64,000 bases of DNA from a virus (Duplodnaviria; Heunggongvirae; Uroviricota; Caudoviricetes). The notes under the pieces are model-generated. The model did no database searches and had not been told where the DNA came from. It saw only the letters and a list, made by a program, of their open reading frames with translations. The stretch is taken from positions 82,004-146,003 of the IMG/VR virus record IMGVR_UViG_3300009008_000004; one strand, 5' to 3'. Of the stretch, positions 8,421 through 18,500 are shown piece after piece. Numbering within the stretch: the first letter of the stretch is position 1; each line of letters opens with the position of its first letter. Both the position numbers and the translations under genes were made by a program.

Positions 8421-9264
8421 CGGTCAGCCTCTTGGGGGCGTTGGGTCCAGACATTTGAATAATCTTGCCCCCACGCGCCTGCAACTCCTCCGCTGAAGGG
8501 GGAGTATCTTCACTAAAGCGTAACATAATCATCTCGAGCATTTGAAGTGCTGTGTCTGTAGAAGACTTGGCCCGTTCCTGCAAATCAAGTCCGCGAAGAG
8601 CGATATCCGCCCACGTCTTCGCAGACCCCGTAGTCTTTACGTTGGTTGGATCTGCAGACGCCACCGCCCTGAAATTAGAGAAGGCCTGGTCAGTCATGTA
8701 CTTCAGCATATCCTCGGGCTTCAACTGCAGAGGTTCCCCCACAGCCAAAAGCGCGGCATGTGGATCGGAAGCTACATAGACAGACCAAAGGCTGCTCCCA
8801 TGCTGGTACTTATCAAGGAGGGCCTTCCAATCATCCAGATCCAGCAGATCTTTATTCCAAAAGTAATGGGCGTAATATCCGATTACTTCCTCGTCAATTT
8901 CCTTTCCGAAATACTTAGAGATGACATCTCGAATGACATCAACTGGGACTTCCCCGAGCAACATGGCTTCCAGCTTCTGCCTAAGATTCCCGGTACCCAA
9001 TAGGGTAGATGCCGCGACAACCTTTGGTCGCCGGACTACAAGGTCGTATAGCTTATTGTCTCGTAGCCAGCGAATACAGTGGAGTGCGTTGGGGTCGAAC
9101 GGCTTTGGCTTGGTTTTCTGAAGTTCCTGCCGCAGTACTTCCAGGTAGACCTCGTCAGGAGTAGGGAATCTACGGAGGGCTACCGCACTTTGGATATCCT
9201 CATTGGAAAACTGCGGCTCCATCGACAACAGAGCCTTTATCCAGTATTCGCATGGTAGCCGCAT
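8404..9264 (-). CDS. Hypothetical helical protein (small-terminase candidate, weak)
   Basis: 286-aa clean ORF in the packaging block upstream of terL. No recognisable motif. Confidence 0.6.
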   Translation of the reverse strand: MRLPCEYWIKALLSMEPQFSNEDIQSAVALRRFPTPDEVYLEVLRQELQKTKPKPFDPNALHCIRWLRDNKLYDLVVRRPKVVAASTLLGTGNLRQKLEAMLLGEVPVDVIRDVISKYFGKEIDEEVIGYYAHYFWNKDLLDLDDWKALLDKYQHGSSLWSVYVASDPHAALLAVGEPLQLKPEDMLKYMTDQAFSNFRAVASADPTNVKTTGSAKTWADIALRGLDLQERAKSSTDTALQMLEMIMLRFSEDTPPSAEELQARGGKIIQMSGPNAPKRLTDGEEK

Positions 9265-9267
9265 CCA

Positions 9268-11262
9268 CTATCCTGCCTGTACCTGTTCGCGGCCCTTCAA
9301 CTTCAAGAGCTCCAGCCCCGCGGTAATTGCCTCAAGGGCGTTGATCGCACGAACAGCTGCATCTTCGGGAACATCCGAAACACCCAGCTGAGATGCAAGC
9401 AGAAGCTCACAGACTTTCGAACTGGCCTCTTCCAGGAACGGGAGGTAATCGATGAAGATTGCCATGTTCTCAGGAGTGATGAAATTGAGCCCAAGTACAG
9501 CATCTACCGTATTCTCCTCCTGGAGAGCGGTCGCCACCTTGAGCAGGGAATAGTCTTCTTCTGGGAAGTGGGGCATCGCCTCAACTGCTGCGACCTTGGC
9601 CAACTCCTGCTGTGCTTCGTAGGTCTCAATAATCCGCGGTGCACGAACAGTAGTTCTTCCAAAGACCTGCGCTTCCGCCAGCTTGGTTTTACCAAGTACC
9701 GGGGGCACACCAGCGAGACCCAGGAAGAAAGTAGCCTGCGGTTCTCCAACAAAGGAGGTTTTACCACCGAGCGCCTGCACCGGAGCACCGGAGAGGGTAT
9801 ACTCTCCATCGGAATGTGATATTTCCACCTCAGACCCGCGCAAATTAGCGCTCGCCAGCTTTACTGCCACAGCTTCATTGGTGGCAACTTTGACCTTCTT
9901 CCCAAGAGGAAGGAAGCTCACGAAAGTTTCAGGGTGGGCTGCGTAAAGGCCGGCAGCGAGTTTTACGAAACCATCGGCAGGATCGACGCCTGTAGTAACT
10001 CGGATCTTACCGGAAGTCATTCCGGAATCGTAATGGGCATATTTCCCATCGGACTCTTCGTAGAAACGGATGTTGACCGGCGGGGAGGCAATGGCACCCG
10101 CAGACCCTTCCTTCACAAAGCAACCGCGGCCACGGGGAAGCTCAGTCCACACCATCTCAGTCAACTTCGCAGGCAGGTTATCCGTAGGAGTCCCATAAGC
10201 CTCTTGCACGTAGGAATGCCCGGAGGCAGTCTTGATAAAAAGGCCATCCTGCGGTTTCCCATCCAAGTCTCGTACGTGGGTAAACACGAGAGCAGGCTGA
10301 GAGTGTGTGCTGGAAGTCTGCACCATGTACGCCCCGGAGGTCTTAATCTTCTGCGGCGGGTTTACTTCCTCTGGCGCAACATTGAGATTCCGGATACGAA
10401 CTGCGTACCCCTTAGCATCAGCTTCCTTTCGAAGGGCTTCAGGCAACGCAGCCTGCAACTCACCGGTCAGCTCGTCCACCTGGTCGAAGTAAGCTCTTGT
10501 ACAAGCAGAGGCAAACTTGTAGCCATCCGGAGTTCTTTCTACCAGCACAGCATCCGTCGGAAGATTATTCCGGACAGTGGCTTTGATAGCAGAAGCTTCC
10601 TTGGACTTCGTGGAAAGGAAGTGCTCAACCTTCTCCCGGAAGTGCGGATTCTCCTTGAGACCGTGCAACAGAGTGGGGTCTGAGGAGATAAATTCGGCAA
10701 TCTTCTCCTTCCGCGAAGGGGAGATCGTTTGCCCAACAAGACCGCACAAGGAAGCCGTCTTTACTACACCCTCCCCCGGGGTATCAGGGAACATCCCACT
10801 ACCGGACAAAGTCCCAGTACCAACACCCGCCTGAGTCTGTGAGATGTCAAAGGCCGATGGGGAATAGAGGACAGCATCTACACGCCGCTGAGTAAGCGGG
10901 TAGGCCAAACCGTTTGCCGGATTGATGAAGGTGAGCAGGGGCTTGAGCTTCCGCTTTTCCACAATAAACGGGACGCGGATCCCAGGACCTGTTGAGGGCA
11001 GAGGAGTATTCGGCCCAGTATCCGAAGGACGCAAATCCGGTGCAGACTGCGGAGTGACAGCAAAGAAGCCATAAGCATATCCGCGCTTCTCATCCTGATC
11101 GAGCGTACGTTGGTCAATTCGGTACTGGCCCAGATACCCGGCCTGCTCAAGCAGAGCACTAATCAACTCCTTAGACCAAAGACTCGGATCATCGCTCAGC
11201 TTGGTACGCGGTGCCGCGGTCTTCTCCATGTCCGGTGGAGTAGTCAGAAACAAAGACTCCAT
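9268..11262 (-). CDS. Large head-associated protein with 13 K-x-A motifs
   Basis: 664 aa. AGGAGG SD, leader ...PPDMEKTA, repeated KxA[SA] at apparent domain boundaries. Confidence 0.7.
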   Translation of the reverse strand: MESLFLTTPPDMEKTAAPRTKLSDDPSLWSKELISALLEQAGYLGQYRIDQRTLDQDEKRGYAYGFFAVTPQSAPDLRPSDTGPNTPLPSTGPGIRVPFIVEKRKLKPLLTFINPANGLAYPLTQRRVDAVLYSPSAFDISQTQAGVGTGTLSGSGMFPDTPGEGVVKTASLCGLVGQTISPSRKEKIAEFISSDPTLLHGLKENPHFREKVEHFLSTKSKEASAIKATVRNNLPTDAVLVERTPDGYKFASACTRAYFDQVDELTGELQAALPEALRKEADAKGYAVRIRNLNVAPEEVNPPQKIKTSGAYMVQTSSTHSQPALVFTHVRDLDGKPQDGLFIKTASGHSYVQEAYGTPTDNLPAKLTEMVWTELPRGRGCFVKEGSAGAIASPPVNIRFYEESDGKYAHYDSGMTSGKIRVTTGVDPADGFVKLAAGLYAAHPETFVSFLPLGKKVKVATNEAVAVKLASANLRGSEVEISHSDGEYTLSGAPVQALGGKTSFVGEPQATFFLGLAGVPPVLGKTKLAEAQVFGRTTVRAPRIIETYEAQQELAKVAAVEAMPHFPEEDYSLLKVATALQEENTVDAVLGLNFITPENMAIFIDYLPFLEEASSKVCELLLASQLGVSDVPEDAAVRAINALEAITAGLELLKLKGREQVQAG

Positions 11263-11283
11263 TATATCGCCTCCTAAGTTAGC

Positions 11284-12519
11284 TTACCCACTCAACTTCA
11301 CAATACTCGAAAGCGCTATTCCTGATTCGAGTGATGCAATCCAATCCGCCGTTGGCACCCCGGTTATTGGGGGCGCGCCAGGTGGTACCGGTGCGGGGGG
11401 CATATGTACATGTGCGGCCAACATACCCATCAACACCTTCCCAAGGACCGCGCTCTCAAGCGCCACATTACTGCCCAAGTTTATAGTCCCCGAGTCTATC
11501 GTGCAACTCCCTGTCCCAGAGGACAGAGATATACCGGACAGGGCCTCTACAACAAGTTCTTGCACTGTAGCCTTCAAAGAACCGTCAGATTCTCCTGTCA
11601 GTTTCCCGGCAGAACCAAACTCCACCACGAACCCGTTCTCGGCGTAGACGTGACCCGTATCCATCTCCCAATGCATATCCCCGGTAACCTTTGTAAAGAC
11701 GTTACCAAGAGTATCTACCTGGAAAGTGTAGGTACACCCAGTGTTCTCAGGATCAACGCAAATGGAGATAAGTGTTGTCTCCTGCGTATTCCCCGGATAG
11801 GACCCGGAACCAAACTTGTATGCCTTGTCTCGAGTAGAGCCGAATAACTCATCTTGGCTCGGCGAGAACTGGTCATCCCCGGCACGGCCGGCACGTACTT
11901 TGATAGTTACATGCTGGTCCTCAACATCTTTTTTCATACCCCAGTAGAGCTGGGCAGCAGTTTTATCATCACCGGTTTGGATAGTTCCATGCTTCCAAAA
12001 AAGAGTGCCAAGCAAGGATTTGGCCTCATAGTTCTGGAAGAAGTGCCGGATGAAGTTATCGATAGGGATGTAAAGAGTCTGCGCAAGGGGAGAACTTCCG
12101 ATCTGCAGGGTACCACCTTTACGCAGTAGGACTGTAGCGCCCCGCGAGTTGTAGAGGGCGATGTCCCCAGGAGCCAGGCCCATCCTCCCACCAAGGAAAT
12201 CATCGTCCGGTTCTGCTGCGTCATCCTCTGAGAAGGCTCCATGGAGGGGGGCACTCAACCACCCCATTACAACAGGGTCGGATCCATCGGACATGAGGTA
12301 GACGAAACACTTAGACCCTACCTCCGGGACAAAGTCGATATGGGTCCCAGTTACCACATTGGTGTACAGGGTGCCGTACGGAACGTTGCTGTAGATATCA
12401 GACTCCCCGGAAAGGTCGACCTCGACATCTACTGTGCGGGTACCTGGGTATACCTGCACGATGGTACCGAGTACTACTGCTGCTGATGTTGTTCCACTCT
12501 GCTGAGGACCGCTTACCAT
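11284..12519 (-). CDS. Baseplate central spike (gpV/gp5/gp138-like)
   Basis: 411 aa. N-terminal OB-fold pattern (GTIVQVYPGTRTVDV...VPEVGSKCFV...VVMGW), beta-repeat C-half, terminal HxH (AHVH) apex motif. Confidence 0.8.
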   Translation of the reverse strand: MVSGPQQSGTTSAAVVLGTIVQVYPGTRTVDVEVDLSGESDIYSNVPYGTLYTNVVTGTHIDFVPEVGSKCFVYLMSDGSDPVVMGWLSAPLHGAFSEDDAAEPDDDFLGGRMGLAPGDIALYNSRGATVLLRKGGTLQIGSSPLAQTLYIPIDNFIRHFFQNYEAKSLLGTLFWKHGTIQTGDDKTAAQLYWGMKKDVEDQHVTIKVRAGRAGDDQFSPSQDELFGSTRDKAYKFGSGSYPGNTQETTLISICVDPENTGCTYTFQVDTLGNVFTKVTGDMHWEMDTGHVYAENGFVVEFGSAGKLTGESDGSLKATVQELVVEALSGISLSSGTGSCTIDSGTINLGSNVALESAVLGKVLMGMLAAHVHMPPAPVPPGAPPITGVPTADWIASLESGIALSSIVKLSG

Positions 12520-12540
12520 AGAAAAATCCCATTTAGATAT

Positions 12541-15500
12541 TTAGTATGTTCCCTTCTCTCCCTTCCCAAATTCTGCTCCGTAAACTATCCCGGGAATCGG
12601 ATGTTCCCCATGGAGATGTGATATCCCCTGCTGGGATCCGGCCTGCTTCAGCACATCCCGCAAATGCTTATAATTGAGCTGCGTCAGCCAATCATCATGC
12701 AAATGGAAGGGCAAGATGTTTGTGCCTCGCAAAACAGGGGTATACTTGACAGTGTCCTTTTTCCCATTTTCAGAGTTCCAGGATTGGATCGCTCGGACAG
12801 GCACAATATCTCCGGGAAGATAATCTGGGTGATCCCCCGACTCCCGAACTTCCGCGACATCTGTTAGCGCCCGGACAATTACCTCGAGGTGCCTGTGGCG
12901 AATCTTCTCCGGGTCGTACAGCTTTCCGAGCTCATCTACCAGGTAGTTTTGTACTGTTGATACATTCGTAAGCCCAAGAAGTTCGCGGGGGTTGATGGGC
13001 CCACTGCTGAGTGCCCCACCCTTGGGAATGCGGGTTCCCTTAGTAACCTTAAGCTTACGGCTCGCAGGTACATGGTGCTGCTCAGAGCCTACCTTAACAT
13101 CCCAACCCCCAACGGGGCTCTTGGAGATGGAATTGACTACCCCGGCATTCTTGCTGAGGATAGCGGAACCCTTCAGCTTTTGGGGCATTTGTAGCACCTG
13201 CTTCAACCGCTCTATTCCATCCACAAGACCAGCGCCACCAGTGGCTGCGCCGCCGGTGTGAAAAACGCGCATCGCAAGCTGCGTGGCCGGCTCTCCGATG
13301 GATTGTGATGCGATGACCCCTACGTTCTCTCCTATGGGTGCGGGGTTGCCGGAAGGGTCGAGCCCGTAGCATTTCTGGCATAGGCCCTTCTTAGCCTGGC
13401 ACTTCAAGGGGCTGCGAACGAGAATCTTAGAGACCTTTGCCTGCCGTAACTTAGCTACTGTGTCGGGGGTAATCGTCGAGCCTGCCCGGAGAGTCTCGCC
13501 CCGCACCTTGACGTTGTTCGCCAAAGTACGATCCAACACAGAAAGATCTGTTACAGGGACATGCATGCCTTTAGAGGTCTTGCAGTCATTCTCAGTAAGC
13601 GTAATACCCATGGTGGTCTTGACTACCTGCTTGGTAATTGCCCCCGGGTCCTGAACCTCCTGCGTCTTGGAAATGATACCCCGGCGAATACCTCCAGAAG
13701 ACAGCCAGTAATCATGAAGGGAGAGCCCGGAGCCGTAGCTCCCAGTAATTGCGGCTGGGATCGGCTTCCCTGCTGCATCGCTTACCATCATACGCGCCAA
13801 GACGATCTGTTTGATCTGCTCCCAGTTTGGCTTCACCCCTGCCCGAGACATTATCCAAAGAGGATTATCGTCTTTCTCAAGAGAGGCAAGGGCTTCCTTC
13901 TGCATCTTCGCAGAGGCCTTTGTGTACAGGTCTACGATCTTCGCATCCCGTTCAGCCCGCGGCAATTTCGCCTGCTTCTTTATGGCGGCAACCTTAGGCT
14001 CTACTTCCTTCAAAGTCTTATCGCGAATCTTATCGAGCACCTTAAAGGCATCAAGATTGAAGGAGAACCCAATTTTGTGGGCATGGCCGAAGCCGAGGTC
14101 CTTCAGCGTCTGCGCAAACTGCGGGTACTCTTGCGGAGTCTTCTGTGCCACATCTTTCAAGATAGCCCGCAGAGACTGCTTGTGGAACGCCCACTCTTTC
14201 CCAGTACCCAGGTGCTTGTGTAATTTCGCGGGTATCTTCTTTTTAAGTAGCTCACGACCCGCAGTAGTTGCTGTACCCCCTACCTTCACCCCCACGTCCC
14301 AACGAACTTCCCGGTTCTCTGCTGCTTTCAACAGAGCATCAGCGGAGGCGTACTTTTTGGAAGTGGTACCTTTCATACGGCTAAGGAGATATAGCCCAAC
14401 CAGGCCTTCCTTATCTGGGACAAACATTGGCTGCCCAGTAGCTGCGCTCAGGAGATTCCGGCTCGGCAACATATCATAGGCTTCCTTTACAGCTGCCTGG
14501 GATACGGGAACAAACAAAGACACCTGGTCCCCGTCAAAATCAGCATTGTACCCACTACATACAAGCGGGTGGATGTGTATCTCTTTATCGCCTTTAATAC
14601 GAACATTGAATGCCATAATCCCATACTTATGGAGGACGGGATCACGTTTCATCAATACCGGCCGTTCCTTCAGCACGGCATCAAGGGCAATCCTCGCTTC
14701 AGGTCTTCTATTGAGAATAATGTCTTTGGCCTGAAGAGGCCGCATACCGCCCCGCACCAAATGTTGCATTACAAAAGGACGGAAAAGTTCCATAGCGGTA
14801 GCTTCCGGCATCCCTACTTCATCGAGCTGCAGTTCCTGGTCCGGGACAATAACCCCGCGGGCAGACATATCCTGCTTCCGCTTTACCAACTGCTCCATGA
14901 AGTAGCCAGTCTTCGGAGATTTCCCTGCGATAATATCGAGGATCCCCTTTGGGATATCCAACCGCTCACGGTCCGGACCAACCAGTCCTGCTAGAGCCGT
15001 AATACCGCCATAAACCTCCGCGCGGAGTTTAGCCAACTCTTCATCAGGAGTTTCGGGAGGCATCTCCGCCAGGCGCGAGTTACTCAAGCTCAACTCTTTG
15101 TATAGCTGGTTCAGATCTCCCCGATTGAGGTTGCCATCATCCAGCACAGTAATCGGACGTAGGTTGGGCGGGAGCACAAGAACATTGCCCTGCATGTACA
15201 CATCAGCGGAATTATCCGCACGCTTCAGAGCACGCAGATACTTCACTTTCCGGTTGAGCTGGTTACGGTTCGAGTCTTTAGCTCCCTCAAGACTCTTCTC
15301 AGCCTTCCGCAATTCAGTGGGGATATCCAACTCCTTAAGGGCTCGGCCAAGCGTAGCTCGAGGCCCAATACGAGTAGCCTCCTCTGCGGGGACCACATTA
15401 CCATCCTTATCCATCCCCAATTCACCGGAGACAAGCTTACTGAAGGTGTCGTGTTTCAGTCCCAGAAGCGCCATAATCGGCCGCTCAAACAATGGGTTGG

Positions 15501-18500
15501 GGAAAGCTTCCGCAAGCGCAAAATGGGAGAAGTGCTTTCCTCCTACACCACCGGTAATCTTCTCATCGAAGAGACCACCAGCCTCAGGGCGTAGGTCTTT
15601 TGCACGTAGGATTTTTCCGGGGTCTTTCAACTCTCCATTGGAGAGCTGTTTTACCTGCTTATCCGTAAAGGGAAGAACGGTGAGGACATCACCTTCACGC
15701 TCAACATCCAATCCAAGAACCTTGAGGTAGGCCAAGAACTTTTCGAACGCAAAAGGTACCTGCGGGCGAGGAAGGGGGTGGCCAAGTTGCACAGCTGTCC
15801 AAATATCATCCTGAGATTGGTCAGATTTGATAGTCTGCATCTCACGGATGTTATTCACTGCCCCATGCGCCAGCATCGCAAAAAGCCCCAACTCACCTAC
15901 ACGTTGTGCCCCATGCTTACCACCACCCTTGGGCTCCATATTAATGGTATATTCGTACCCTGGCCCCCAAGAACGAGCGGCTGCTTTCTTCTCTGCCTGA
16001 TGGTTCAACTTGATGATATACTGGTGGCCAACAAGCTGCTTCCCGAGCGCTTTCCCATTATCATCGAAAAGCTCAGCTTCCTCTGAAAGACCGCGAGCAT
16101 CCAACATATCATCAACAATGGAACGATAATCCCTCTCATACTCATAGGGCTCAATCCAAACTTTCTTCGTGCCCTTAGCGGAAGTCTTCACTGTACGCCA
16201 GTGACCCTTAACCTTAATAATGCGCGTAGACCGGTCCGCCTGGAAGTTCCGTACTGCAAGAGGAGATCCCTCGTGGATAGCGACATGCGAAAGGGAAGTT
16301 TCAAGCACCTGCCCGGCATTCATACGGCCGGGGACACCTAAGGGGTTCATAACAATATCGACGGCGTTGCCTTCTTTATCCCGGGGCATCTCATCATCAG
16401 GCAACACAAGGGCAACGACACCTTTGTTCCCATGGCGACCCGCCAACTTGTCCCCAGGCTGTGCCGGGAAATCTGCTCGTACGTGGACCTCGATGTACTT
16501 CCCACGACGAACAACGTCCACCACCTCACCGCGTACACCCTTGTCCCACACAACCGAGCGGTCTGTATACTCCCGAACAAGACTTCGGTGAATGCCCTTC
16601 ATCAGAGCTTTCTCAGGTGTCATCGGGGCCTTCTTAGCTGCAGCTACAACAGTATCTCCAGGCTCAACCACTTCCCCGACCTTGATAACACCGTCGTCAT
16701 CGAGCTTTCCGCGATTCTCTGTACTCATCGCTTCTGGGAAAAGGGTAGTGAACTTCTTCTTATTGAGTACGTAATCGCGGTCCATAAAAATGGAAGGCTT
16801 GTGCATGTGAACAGAAGTCAACTTCTTAGAAGCCGACTCAGAAATCAACAAGCCATCTTCAAAAACAAGGCCCTTGTACGGCAGGTAACCCACCCGCAAG
16901 TTAGTACCAAGAGCCAGTGTACCGTCCTTAGTGAAGTTAGTATCGGCGATTATCTCACCAGTCTTGACCGTGTCCCCAACAGCTACGGCCGGTTCAGAGC
17001 TCAGGTAGGCTTGCAGCTCATTCAGGGGGAAATTGTCATAGAGCTGTACTGTGTGCCGTTTTCCATCTTTCCCTGTAACCGTAATCCCGTCTTTCGTGAT
17101 ACGAGTTACCTTGCCGCTTACAGGAGAGGAGTGTGCGGCAAACGCCGCCCATGCTCTCTCATGGGTCCTCCCCGGCTCATCAAGAGATCGGCTGTGCGTT
17201 TGGATAAGCGGAGGCTCACGGTTCTTCAGGGGAAGCGCCTGCTCCATATGCCGGACTGCCATCTCCACTCGAGTACCATCATCGTTCTGTAGGAAAGGAA
17301 CCAGATTGGTCATAGGGGAGAACATCGTAGTTGCCGAGGGCAATACGTAGTCTACCTTTGCCGGGTCCACTACAGCCTTCAAATCTTCAGGGGTCTGCGC
17401 AGAGACCTTCTTAGTTACTGGAACCCAACCACCTTTCTCTTTGCGGTATTGGTCCGGAAAAGATACCACTGCCTGCGCAAGCTGAAGCGGGGTAACCAGC
17501 TCGAGTTTCTTTGTTTTCGTGTTGTACGCGGGGATAGTTACCGCCCCATCCTTTCTACGGGCATCAGTAGTTAGCTTGAGAGAAATGCCTGCGCGATCCC
17601 CTTCAGGGGTATGTACTGGATCAAGGACACCGAGCTGTGTGGGATCTGCTGCCTTGGCATCAGCGGTAACACCGAAGGCAGAGCCGATGGCCCCAACATC
17701 TGCGCCAAGCAACGTAGTTCCCAGGTACCGTGACAACATAGATACCGGGTTCGTTTGGGGAGTTTGGTTGGCAACAGAGGATTCCCGGAAGAATGAAAGG
17801 AGTGGGCCGGAGAAAATATCTGATGCGAATATTTCTCTAACCTTGTCCTTCCGATCCAGGTTATTCTTCATTTTCCGGGCTACTCTATTTCGCGCGCGGT
17901 CCAACCGATCCGGCAACAAGTCCTCTATCCCTAAGAGGTCCTTGAAGGGCAGCGCATCCCGATTATCTGGTTCTCGCTTACCCTGGTGTATCTCCAGAAG
18001 ATTGGTAGAAGCCTTTAGAAGAGGTTCTGCGTTTACTGTGGCATACGGCTTCCCCAAAGTAAGTGCTGTAGAGTCGGGACGAAGTTCTGTATCCGCAAAG
18101 CGGCTTCTTACCGCGTCTATCACCCCGGCCTCTGTTGCGGGCACCGGGTCCTTTAAAGAAGTAAGGAGTTTGCGTAAAGCAGCCTGCTTATCGCGGGGAG
18201 AAGTCTTTGCGGCGTTGAAGAGGTCTTTCCCCCAGGCCTTCTCCATAGCGCCGTCGGAAACCCCAAGGGCAGAGAGTACCGGGTAAAGGGGTACCTTAGC
18301 CGATGCATACTTAAAGGAAAAGTTCTTCTTGTTGGGATCCAGGATCAGGCGAAAACCACGTTGGTTAAATCCCTTCTTCAAGTTGAACATAATCTCGGGT
18401 TCTCCCGTAGCAGCAATACGAGAGTAAACGCCCGACTTCAGTCTCCAGACGTGATCGGTCTGGTACTCCTTGCCATCAATGATAAAGCTGTAACGGCGGG

